Part shown: piece by piece, positions 49,896 through 60,500 of the stretch
How positions within the stretch are numbered: the first letter of the stretch is position 1
How the letters are laid out: the number at the start of each line of letters is the position of its first letter
NCBI GenBank assembly: GCA_040285745.1
Contig: JAUFOR010000001.1
Location: 682,001-746,000 of the forward strand
DNA: 64,000 nucleotides
Source: Barthelona sp. PCE
Taxonomy: Eukaryota
Direction of reading: 5' to 3'
Notes under the pieces: model-generated
Told to the model about the DNA's origin: nothing
Databases searched by the model: none
The model's input: only the letters and a program-made list of their open reading frames with translations
Program-made: the position numbers and the translations under genes

Positions 49896-52800
49896 TTATT
49901 CAACTAAAGGATTAAGGCTTGTACCAGAAAAACCCCCTTTAAAACCATTCCTTGAAACCCGAATAGAAATGTATAATAACGCCCAAAACAAAACGACGCA
50001 CACCAAGATTATCCAAAATGAAAATAAATTAAAAAATAAAATGAAGCACACGAAAAAGAGAACTAATACAAAAGAAATTGCATTTAACACATCGATAATG
50101 AATGGACGCATAAAGAATATTATTATGGCAACAATCAAGTGCAACAGAACGTATACACCCAAATCATATGTTCGTAAAACCAAAGAACTAATAAAAATAA
50201 TCAAATAAAATGAATATGGCTCCTTTAGAGTTTCTTTAAACTTAAATCCCTTACGGATTGTTACCAACATGATGCATATGATTGTTGTGAATATTGCAAC
50301 AATAACGATTCTCATTGATAATGATATCGCAGTATCCAGATCATACATTGATGATTCGAAATGAATGATATTTCCTGTTATTATATCCGTAAAAGAGGGT
50401 TTAAGGATGAAATTTAGCAGCGCATTAAGGGTTAGTGGTAGGAAGATCAAGTACAAATTGGTTGAAATCAAAAAACGATGAGGACTTCGTCTAAACAAAA
50501 TAATAACCAAGCCAACTGCACACAGCATAAAATAAAACGTAACTGCCTTGACTGTATAGTCGTCTATCCCTTTCAGAAGAAAGACAAAGCCTAAAAATGG
50601 GTTGCTAAAGTAACTTAAAAATTGATCACCTACTATATCAACCTTGATTAAATTCAAAACAAAAGCAGGTAACATGACTAAAATAAGGTCCTTCAAAGTC
50701 TTCATTGAATCGAACACATCATAATCAAGAACATGTGTTGGTACATTAAAAAGCATTGTCCATCTAACGTACTGACCACGTCTATAAAGCCAAAAAACAG
50801 AAAATATGAATAATACCTGGGCTACAATGATTAAAATAAGCATCTTTATAGATGGTAACACAACGCATCCTCCCGTAAATATGTCTTTGGCAACTAATCT
50901 TCCGTTATACTGAAATACACACCGTTTGCATCCTGTTCCGTGATGTAAAGTCGTGCACCCATTAAGAGCATCGATATCAACGTTTCTAAACTCCAAAAAC
51001 TCAACCTCTTCTGCTGAAAGTCCCTCTTTAGTCCGACCTGAAAGCCCTGACATAACTTGGTTTGAATTGATATGGCTTTTGAACTCGAAAACAGCCAATG
51101 AATCATTTGATTCAAAAACAAAATTATTATGCAGAAGTGTATACGTCGGTCGACCAGTCAATCTTGTGCGCCACATTGCCTTTTCACCGCTCAGCGCCTT
51201 TAAGCTCCAGTCTGTGTCACAATGTGATCCAGCATAGTTCGTTTGGAACTGTAACTGCGCATCTTGACAATTCTTACATACTTTAGCTTCTGAATCAAAC
51301 GCTTCACCAAAACTACAACATGGGTTGATCATCTTGGGTGCAAACACTTTCTCTGATATAATCCCACTGGGAAATAGAACACCTGTATGTTGTACATCAC
51401 CACAATATGTTGCCACTACGGAAAACTCAAAAGAAAATGAATCATTAGAGGATGATGGAATTGCTGCGTTTGAATAACTTATGCTACTATCAGTCAGTAT
51501 CAAAACAGGGATCTTCTTAGGAAAAATAATTGTACTACGAGCCACATCAACATCTAACATCCATTTGTTTTCAAACAACATGCTCGAGATTGGAAACTTG
51601 CGTGACATAGTTATGTCACGAATTAAAATAAACTCAAACGATCTCCTATATTTATCATCGCAATATCTTTCGAAACAAAACAGGTTGTCATCATTAACTG
51701 GGTCTGAATCAAGAACAGTCACATCTGCTGCTCTTGCTGTTATGTTAACAAAGTTTAAAATTCCTTTGAATGTTATAGTATTACTGAATGATAACAGAGT
51801 TATCTCGTTAATCGAATCAGTCAAATTGACAATGATCAAAGGACCAAATGTTGTCGCCAGAATCTTTCTTTGATCACTGTGCAAATTTCCATTAATATTA
51901 ATGGTTAACATATATGAAATAAAGAAAGGGAATCCTAAATAATCAGATTCCTCAGGAGGTAGAAAATTGGTATTACTAACATTAACGGATGTCTTTGACA
52001 TTGGACAAATTACAAATGTGTCAACAATAAATGTTGTGTTATCAAGGAAAAACGAATTTGGCTGAGAAATTCGTTCAAAATATATAGAAGTCATGAACGT
52101 GGTAGCCTCAATATGAGAGTTTGATACTTTTAAAACGGCTGAAACCGATTTCATCCAGAAAAGAGTATCTAAGAAAGAATTATGAATATTAACATTATTC
52201 AAAACTATTTCTGCTGCTACCAAATATCTGTTATCAATGAAAACCAATAATTTAAATGAGTTATCAATAAAATTACAATCATTCATTTCCAAAAAAAAAC
52301 TACTTTCTTCAATAATTGCAACTTTAAATAGATAATTGTTTATATTGCCGCTTGGTAGAAAACAATTCGTGAATGTCCAGTTCGTTAACACAGAATATGC
52401 ACCAGCAGATTGTTGTAAATGAAAAGGATACAATCCTGCATTATCAAAAACTACGTTGTCAACTTCATCAAATAAGTGAATACCAATCAATTCAGTTCCC
52501 TCCTCGAAACGTGTGTTATTTGCCGCTAAAAAGAAGGAATCACTGATTGTTGATCTCTTGAACACACTATTAACCATAATTAATCTCCTATTACTTATTT
52601 TCTCTACATTCGTCACCGATGAATCGTGTATGCCAATATAATCATTGGCAAAAAATGGGAAATAATCACAATCATTGATTGTCAAATTGATAATATTAAT
52701 CCAATAAATTTTCTGAACATAAAGTTTCATCTCCTTACCCCTCACATTCTGAACAAAGCAGTCCAGAACGTGGGTGTCACATGGCAAATTCAAAGGGTGA

Positions 52801-53852
52801 TAATTACCACCTCCTAAGAAACTTACTCTTGTGTAAACTGCAGTCGATAATGATAATCCATATTTTTCAAAGTTTGAATATCTTATTCCTCTTGGGATAA
52901 TGGTATCTGTGATAGTTAGATGGGAACCTTTTAATACATTGATAGTAAAACTCAATGGCATTAATGGATTAAATGAAGTTACTGATTGGAAAATCAAATC
53001 CTCGATTACTTTGAAATTGATAGATGTGAATGTAGAGTTATCAACTATCAAAGATCTTGCAACTTCTCCATGAAATTCAGTAAAAATTGATTCTCCAACA
53101 AATATTTCGAGTTCATCACATATAGTTGAAGTTTTAAGTGTAAAATACCTGAAATTACAACCAATTATACGAAGATGGTGAGTAGGGCTGCTTATTATGG
53201 CCGGCATAGGTGAATTAACTTCATAATAAGTTGCAGCATAAACATCATGTAACACTAAGTTATTGGACAAGAGTATATTAGCTGTATACAACACATGCTG
53301 TGTGTTGTATACAGAGACATCTGAACGTATTATATGTTGCACTGTTACATTTAGAAAATTATAAAATGATAAATCATTGAAATTACACCATATGCGAAGG
53401 AAATTCAATACTGCTTCACTTGATAATGCCTTGACAGTGCAACTTCCAACATGTGAATCCGTAACGTTGAATAAATCCCCCATATACTCTATTGAATTGA
53501 AAAAAAGAGTCGAATTCCAAAAATGGGCTTGTTCGGCCTTTAGCTTGTGTTGTATATTTTCATTGTTCTTAAAAGTCACGTTTGAATTGTCTTCTGTTGT
53601 AAATTTCACAACATTTGCTGATAAAACGGAATTATGGATAGCAAAAGACCTGAATGTTGAATTTCTGATGTGAATTGAGCGCTCTGCGTTTGCTTCAAAT
53701 CTCAACTCGCATAGATCAGACTCTACATTCAGGAAAACTACATCTTCCATTGTATTGTTCGAAATAACATAAATTTTATCACACTCATCAATAATAACAG
53801 CCCTTGTAAACATGAGAAACACGATGATGCACAATAAAAAATCAGCCTTCAT
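49896..53852 (-). CDS. Large surface protein: signal peptide, Asn-rich beta-helix-like ectodomain, Cys-rich juxtamembrane region, multi-TM C-terminus
   Basis: MKADFLLCIIVF signal; repeated ..NSTF/NCNF units; C..C motifs; about 8-10 hydrophobic segments at the C-terminus. Confidence 0.7.
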   Translation of the reverse strand: MKADFLLCIIVFLMFTRAVIIDECDKIYVISNNTMEDVVFLNVESDLCELRFEANAERSIHIRNSTFRSFAIHNSVLSANVVKFTTEDNSNVTFKNNENIQHKLKAEQAHFWNSTLFFNSIEYMGDLFNVTDSHVGSCTVKALSSEAVLNFLRIWCNFNDLSFYNFLNVTVQHIIRSDVSVYNTQHVLYTANILLSNNLVLHDVYAATYYEVNSPMPAIISSPTHHLRIIGCNFRYFTLKTSTICDELEIFVGESIFTEFHGEVARSLIVDNSTFTSINFKVIEDLIFQSVTSFNPLMPLSFTINVLKGSHLTITDTIIPRGIRYSNFEKYGLSLSTAVYTRVSFLGGGNYHPLNLPCDTHVLDCFVQNVRGKEMKLYVQKIYWINIINLTINDCDYFPFFANDYIGIHDSSVTNVEKISNRRLIMVNSVFKRSTISDSFFLAANNTRFEEGTELIGIHLFDEVDNVVFDNAGLYPFHLQQSAGAYSVLTNWTFTNCFLPSGNINNYLFKVAIIEESSFFLEMNDCNFIDNSFKLLVFIDNRYLVAAEIVLNNVNIHNSFLDTLFWMKSVSAVLKVSNSHIEATTFMTSIYFERISQPNSFFLDNTTFIVDTFVICPMSKTSVNVSNTNFLPPEESDYLGFPFFISYMLTININGNLHSDQRKILATTFGPLIIVNLTDSINEITLLSFSNTITFKGILNFVNITARAADVTVLDSDPVNDDNLFCFERYCDDKYRRSFEFILIRDITMSRKFPISSMLFENKWMLDVDVARSTIIFPKKIPVLILTDSSISYSNAAIPSSSNDSFSFEFSVVATYCGDVQHTGVLFPSGIISEKVFAPKMINPCCSFGEAFDSEAKVCKNCQDAQLQFQTNYAGSHCDTDWSLKALSGEKAMWRTRLTGRPTYTLLHNNFVFESNDSLAVFEFKSHINSNQVMSGLSGRTKEGLSAEEVEFLEFRNVDIDALNGCTTLHHGTGCKRCVFQYNGRLVAKDIFTGGCVVLPSIKMLILIIVAQVLFIFSVFWLYRRGQYVRWTMLFNVPTHVLDYDVFDSMKTLKDLILVMLPAFVLNLIKVDIVGDQFLSYFSNPFLGFVFLLKGIDDYTVKAVTFYFMLCAVGLVIILFRRSPHRFLISTNLYLIFLPLTLNALLNFILKPSFTDIITGNIIHFESSMYDLDTAISLSMRIVIVAIFTTIICIMLVTIRKGFKFKETLKEPYSFYLIIFISSLVLRTYDLGVYVLLHLIVAIIIFFMRPFIIDVLNAISFVLVLFFVCFILFFNLFSFWIILVCVVLFWALLYISIRVSRNGFKGGFSGTSLNPLVE

Positions 53853-54018
53853 CTTTTGAATACAAATAGAAGCAGGGAAAATGCAGAAAAATGAAAACAC
53901 CACAAAATTACTTAAAATCAAATTATCGGTTTTACTTGTGCAAAACAAAAAATTTGCTCCTTGAGAAAAACAATAAAGAAAAACAACAAAAGAATAATGA
54001 GTTAAAAATGATGCAATC

Positions 54019-56304
54019 CTAAAAACGCCTTATTTTGAATAATTCATCGATGTGATCGACAATAAGCCACTTGGAACGTCTCTGTGTCATCAAGCGTGGG
54101 TAATTGTGAAAGTGAGAAAGAGATTCATAGTACAAAGAGTGCAATACCTCTGAAACATGCTGTTCTGTAATTCTTCCAAGCAGCGTTCGCACACCCATAT
54201 ACCAATCTTTTGGGCACCATGCAATGAGCGCCCTAATGCAGTAAGCAAACAAATGAATCTGAGCCTCATCATACTTCCCACTGTTCAAAACTGGAATCAG
54301 TTCGTCAATTGTTCTCAAGAAACGAGTGTCGTCCCAATCTAAGGATAATAGAACTCCACAATTGGAACTAACAAATGGATATTCAACTCTACCAATCTTG
54401 AAATACTGAGGATTTTCTAACGTTCTCTCACCAATCGTTTTAAAGCCTGGGGTCTCAGATGGGTACACTAGTACGGGATCATGATACCGTTTTTCAATCT
54501 TTTCCTCGATCTTATCCAATAGATTAGGGGAATTCACACATGAAATTCGTTTAAACTCTTCATCTGGATACTTTTCACGCTGCTTTATGTGTGCACGAGC
54601 CCAATGTACTGAAATTGGAATATTATCAATACCAAGTTCAGGGTACTCTTCAGGAGATAAATCTGTGTGAGTGCCAGGATTGTTATAGTAACTCAAAAAG
54701 CTATCAACAAATTGTTGCAGAAATTCCAAGTCTATCAATCTGTGCCACCAAGAATTTATATCACCCTTAAAATGTGGGAAAACGGTTTGTACTAAATCCA
54801 GTTCAGGATCTTTTCCGTGGTAAGAATGCAAATGTGTTCCCGATTCAAAAACCTTCAATGGTGGCTGTGGAGATCGATATCTACCACGGTATTGAAATAC
54901 TTCAAAGAAAGAATTTTCATATCCTAAAATATGCTCCAGACCGCTTAATGTGTCAGGGTAACACAATCTTGCCCATGCACGAATGAGATATTTTTCACTC
55001 CTTCTCTTTTGAACAATCCTCTGCAGTTTATCAATAATATCTTCATGAAAATGCAAATATGAACATTTGTAATCATCTGAATCATCATCCCACTCCTCTA
55101 ATTCATATCCAAGTGCTTTCATTTGCTCACCGTGTATTTGAGGAAGATAATCAATGTGTTTGATTTGTAAACAATGAAACCAACACCACATTAAAGTAAA
55201 CACTGCAAACTCCCCACGTTCCTGATCAAAAGTTGAATAATTACGATCGAAAAAAATATCCAAGTATTTAGAGGAACGCAATAATTCACTTATATTAGGC
55301 AATTTGAGTAAATAATGTGTTGCTATCTCCAAAAGTATCGACGGCGTAGTAGTCTGATCATCCAAAAACGTTAAAGACTCTCTAAAAATTCTATCAATAA
55401 TTTCAATTACTTCTTCAGCAGGTGATAGCGACATGTAGTTCTTGAACACACAAACTCTCTCAACGCGGGATCCGTCACTCATGTATTTGTTGAAGATACT
55501 ACGTTTGTTAATTCTTGGAGCGAATGATGGTATGTTCATGAAGAATATTTCCAGTGGAATTCCACCAAACCGATTCGTTATGTTCCTTTCTGAAAGGCAA
55601 TCGAGGATTTTGGGGTATTTATGGACTGAAGGATCAACATTACGGCTATTTAACATTGGGAGCGCAACTTTACCATTACGGTAAAAACGCTTATACATTA
55701 TGTAGATGGTTTCTTCATTACATGAGTAGAAGTCTGACTTCCAATCAACATCAGTATCATGAAAAAAAGTGTGAATGTGCTCATCTGGAATGTTCGAACC
55801 AAGCGAGTGGAAATCCCACCAAAAATCAATGACTTCATCCGTTGAACCCTGCTTGAATTGAAAACCCAGCTTATGAGCAATAAAGAATACGGGAAATACA
55901 TTAAATATGCTTTTTTCGTGTTCATCTAGTCGATTATAAATCTGGAAATAAAGACGCTGGTAGAGTGGTTCTTCTCCTTCTTCTTCATCTACATCTAAAT
56001 AACCGAAGTATTCTGCATGATAATGACCCGGGTGCACATCCTTCATGTCAACATAAGTGTGCAAAAGCTTCTTCCACTGATTTAAAGTGAGAGAATTTGG
56101 TCTGGCAGCCTTAATACCCTTTTCGAGAATATTATGAAAAAATATTGAACCATATTCGTGCCTTGCTATTGCCAAAAGTAGATTAAAACTGATAGAACGT
56201 GATGTACATAAAGAATTTATACAAACATCATATTTTCCCTGGTTAAATGATTCAGTTATTGGATCTTCGCAATATAAAACGTGCAAAAAATCAGGTCCCT
56301 CCAT
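54019..56304 (-). CDS. Hypothetical protein (761 aa)
   Basis: Long ATG-initiated ORF; no family recognised. Confidence 0.75.
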   Translation of the reverse strand: MEGPDFLHVLYCEDPITESFNQGKYDVCINSLCTSRSISFNLLLAIARHEYGSIFFHNILEKGIKAARPNSLTLNQWKKLLHTYVDMKDVHPGHYHAEYFGYLDVDEEEGEEPLYQRLYFQIYNRLDEHEKSIFNVFPVFFIAHKLGFQFKQGSTDEVIDFWWDFHSLGSNIPDEHIHTFFHDTDVDWKSDFYSCNEETIYIMYKRFYRNGKVALPMLNSRNVDPSVHKYPKILDCLSERNITNRFGGIPLEIFFMNIPSFAPRINKRSIFNKYMSDGSRVERVCVFKNYMSLSPAEEVIEIIDRIFRESLTFLDDQTTTPSILLEIATHYLLKLPNISELLRSSKYLDIFFDRNYSTFDQERGEFAVFTLMWCWFHCLQIKHIDYLPQIHGEQMKALGYELEEWDDDSDDYKCSYLHFHEDIIDKLQRIVQKRRSEKYLIRAWARLCYPDTLSGLEHILGYENSFFEVFQYRGRYRSPQPPLKVFESGTHLHSYHGKDPELDLVQTVFPHFKGDINSWWHRLIDLEFLQQFVDSFLSYYNNPGTHTDLSPEEYPELGIDNIPISVHWARAHIKQREKYPDEEFKRISCVNSPNLLDKIEEKIEKRYHDPVLVYPSETPGFKTIGERTLENPQYFKIGRVEYPFVSSNCGVLLSLDWDDTRFLRTIDELIPVLNSGKYDEAQIHLFAYCIRALIAWCPKDWYMGVRTLLGRITEQHVSEVLHSLYYESLSHFHNYPRLMTQRRSKWLIVDHIDELFKIRRF

Positions 56305-56624
56305 AATAAAAGATAATGTAGGTAAGAAATTCTAAAACGGACCAATTCAGTTTGCTGTTGCCACAAGCTTGATATTCTCACTGATCAACCTTGGTTTGAT
56401 TGTTAAGCGATATAGGTTAGATTCAGTTAGAAATTGAGGGAATAAATGAGTTAGGATAATATAATTGAATGATCAAAATCAATTAGTGATGTTTTTTCCT
56501 AATTTTTTAACATCATGCAACCGATCCTCAAGATCCCAGATTGATGAACAATTAGAGAATGGAACACGAAGCAGGGTTGAATTTGCTTAGTTCACTGTAT
56601 ATTTTATACCTATTTATTAGTATT

Positions 56625-56958
56625 GAGAGTCGGATTTGTGGACTTCCGCACACCGACCTCGGTGACCCCTTCGTGGCACCATACCCAAACTTAGATCTCT
56701 GTAAATCATCAAAGTTTCAGGCTTTACTACCGCTGCATATAAGGGAAGGAACTATGGTGAATCAAACCTTCTACGAGCTCGTAGGAGGTTGTAAATTTAC
56801 TTCGGAGTTAGACACTTGTACGGGAGTTGCGAGCTCCCTCGAGTGCTGTGCTTGCACTGAGAATTGTTCTAGAGCCCTTTTTTTTAAAATAAAAGGGGAG
56901 AAAGAAATGATGTAAGTACTCACAGAGTACAAGAGGGAAGACCGCGTGTCTACTCCTC
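56625..56958. other. GC-rich multi-hairpin island (unclassified structured RNA or mobile-element end)
   Basis: At least six stem-loops visible by eye in otherwise very AT-rich intergenic DNA; T8 run at 56878-56885. Confidence 0.45.
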
Positions 56959-57579
56959 AGTAGATTTACTCCTACGAAATAGCGTGTTATTCACAAGCGT
57001 GCCATAAATTAAAGTTTAATTAACTTTTTTAATTAGCTAAATTATTTGAAGATAGTTTTAGTTCACTAACAATAGAAGTTAAACAGTTTTTTTTTAGGTT
57101 CTATTTGACTAATACATTTAGGGCCTATTTATTAACATTTTGTTGTATTATTCTGAATATAAGACCATATATAGTTAATAAATTTAATATATAGATTCAT
57201 TCGGTAAAGGAAAATTTCTATCTCATTTTATTCTCATTTAAAGTGCAGTTAAAATTGGGTAATGTACAATAAACTGTATATAAATGCTGAAATTACCTCA
57301 GAATATTATATTTCAGTGTGATTGAATAGTTTTTTTTGCTTTATAAATCATACTTGACCACATTCATACTTTTTAATTATTGATTTAAGGAATTTAGAGC
57401 TTTTGCCTTACATTTATTTGTTAATAAATCATAAAAGGAAACATAAGCAAAGATTAGTTTTGCAGGTACTTGGAAATATTCTTTCCATTTTCAAATCTTA
57501 TGTTTTCCAGTATATAAGACCGCAAAATCAGGTGAACAACAATTTAATATATCAAAACACTTTATTAGTTGATGACTGA

Positions 57580-60500
57580 TTAGTATTCAACGAAGTTATG
57601 GCTAGGCTGAGAGATAGCAGACAGCTCATAATCCATAGGAGCCAGTCCCAGGTTAATTTGGGAAGGTTGGACATTAATCATCATCTTGTTTAGCTGAGGG
57701 TCCTTCTTCCTTGAACAACGTGTAACGGCTACAACAAATATCGAGAAGACAATGATAATAGCAACAACAGCAGGGAGCAGAGAGCATGAGCCCATGAAAG
57801 CAATACGTGGAAGAGAACATGTCTCGCACGCGGTGTGGAGGGAGTTGGCGAAATAACCGTCAGGACATTTCTGACATGAAACAGAACCGTAACCAGTGGA
57901 GATCGCATAGGTATCACAAATGTGACAGTTAGAACCATCACCAAAGTAACCAGGGGAGCATTCAACACAAGAGTCATCGCTAATCTTCTTCTCACCCATT
58001 TCACATTCGGTTGATGTGATTGTGGATTCAATAAAGATAGCAGTCTCAGCTTCAACAGCTTCTGCGACAACAGATGATTCAACAAATGAAACATCACCAG
58101 TAAGGAGCACATCATCAATACAAGCATCCTTGAAAATACCATCAAGATTGGAACAAGCGCTCTCAGCTGCAGTAACAGCAGCAGGCTCAAATGTAACTTC
58201 ATCAGCAAAGACAGGTTCAGTCATATTGATTGCGTGAGTCGATGTGAACAGAGAGTTTCCATCGGTAACAGTGACGTTGTGAGAAAATGACCATGACCAC
58301 AGTTGACGCTCAGTTGTGAGATCCAAAGGTGGGTTAACCAGACCAGTTGACTCAGTTGTCAAACGGTGCTCCAACAAGAGGTTGTAAGCCAATGGCGCAT
58401 CCTCGTTGTTGTTGGTGCTTGGATTCTGTACACAGAATGTGGATCCACCGAAACGGAAGCAAACGCTGCCCTGAGTACCCTCAGTTGTGGCATAGACTGC
58501 AATGTCTTCAGCAGAGACACCTTCGATACAGGGGTTGATTTTGGCGCCATCCTTGATAACGGTGAGGTGGTGGCAAGCAGACACAGTAGCCTTCTTCTCG
58601 TTGATGCCCTGAGCACCCTCATCGAGTTCACCCTCCTCATAAATAGAATCCTTGATGTATGAATAATCAGGGTCAGTGATGTTCTCCGATGTGAGAACAA
58701 TATCACCATCATCGTATAGAACCTCAGGGTAGCTGTATTCTTCACTTTCAACAACAGTTTCAGTGTAGGGGTAGACTTCGAACAATGATTGGTTTACGCC
58801 AATAGCGGAAATAGCAAAACCACTAAAGATTGAACCATCACCGTACTTTGTATGACGACTGTGAATCTCAAAAGCGCTGTTCTTAATCAATCTGAAATCA
58901 CCGACTGAATTGATGGCAACGACGCTCTTATCACGCTCACCAAGGAGTGCAATACGAGGATCATTCCAACCGTTAACACTAGTAACAGCATCGCAGACTT
59001 CAACATCAGGGTTACAGTTAGCGACAACACACTTGCTTGACTTCTTGGGGTTTGGTCTGCGCTTGAGATAATCAGCACACAAACTCTTCTTGTTGGAGAA
59101 GACACAACAATCGAAGAAGTGATCGAGAGTTTCTTCAGCATGCTTGTATGTCATTGAGCGGATACGAGTGGACGCCTTTGATGCTCTGGTGTTGAGAAGG
59201 TTACCCTTTTCACGGTTGTAGCAACACTGGAATGTTTTGTTTCCTGGGTTAGTAACAGGACGCACGCAGAACTCGGTGTTGACACCCATGTTTTGACCAG
59301 CAACACGAACAAACTCTTCACGCTGGATACAGTTCATGGTCTTGGGGCAGACGAGTTCATCAGCCCAGTCATCAGCTTCCTCAAGAGGCTCAGTGTCTAA
59401 CCATGCACGGCAGCGCTGGCGGTAGTTGGTACTCTCAATACGAGTGAAGCATGAGATATCTGCTTCTCCAGCAGGGAATTCAATACCAAAGACACAGTAG
59501 TGCTTGAGCGCGGTGGTTGAAGCACCGGGTTGAAGGGAGGTAATATGTGTGGAAATCTGCTTAACAACATCAACGATGTCTCTTGCGATCTCCTTTGGAA
59601 TACGTTTGTGTTTCGCAGTATAACAGATGGAACCAACAAGCTCTTTAGAACTGTTGAATGAGAAGAACAGGTTGAATGGAACTTCTTCTTCAAGACATAG
59701 ATCAGTTTGCAATTCGGTCTCATCGATGATAGCATTGATATCGACGGTGCTTAGATCTTCAGGAAGAGTGAGAGTAATGTTCATAGCGACCTGATCATAA
59801 ACCTCCTTGATATCAGCAATGAGATCAAACATATCGTTATCAACATCTTCGATTTCACCATTTTCATCAAATTCAATAATGAACCTGTGATCAAGCTCTG
59901 GGTATTCGTCAAAGTCGACCTTCTCAAATAAAGTTTCCATACGGACAGCTTGGGCATCAGTAATGAGAGCAATTCTGTACTTACCCTTAGGCAATGATTG
60001 AGGAATATCTACGTAGACTTTGTAATCCTTCAAGAAGACAGGGATCTCGTAAGAAACCTTTGACTGCTTATGTGTGAAGACGAGATCGATATCGAGGCCT
60101 GAATAAAGCATAAATGCAAGATCGGGTCTGGAAAGAACCTGAACAACACCACCAGAACTGACAGAAGGTTGTAAGAACAACTGACTCAAAGCAATTGGCT
60201 GATTAACGACCTGGAAACCAGAAGGAAGGGTAAGACCCATACCATTAATATCATCACGGGCACCACCTGCAGTAAGAAGAAGCTTGTAGTCGAGAACAAC
60301 ATCGTTACCTGTCTTGAGGAAGATGGCATCGAGTTGAGTGGGGGTTAAGTAAGAGAATGACAAGAAGTGAGCAGTGAGGCTGCCTTCGAGACCGAAATCA
60401 GGATAAACATAGCACTGCTTGTTTCTGCGCCAAGCTGCATTCAAGAACCAGTGACCGACAATCAATCTAGTATCGTTACGAGCTGCAATGGGGCTAATAT

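Noticed and set aside
56559-56915. 118-aa ORF as a protein gene
   Set aside because: No recognisable features; the open frame is plausibly a by-product of the GC-rich palindromic island
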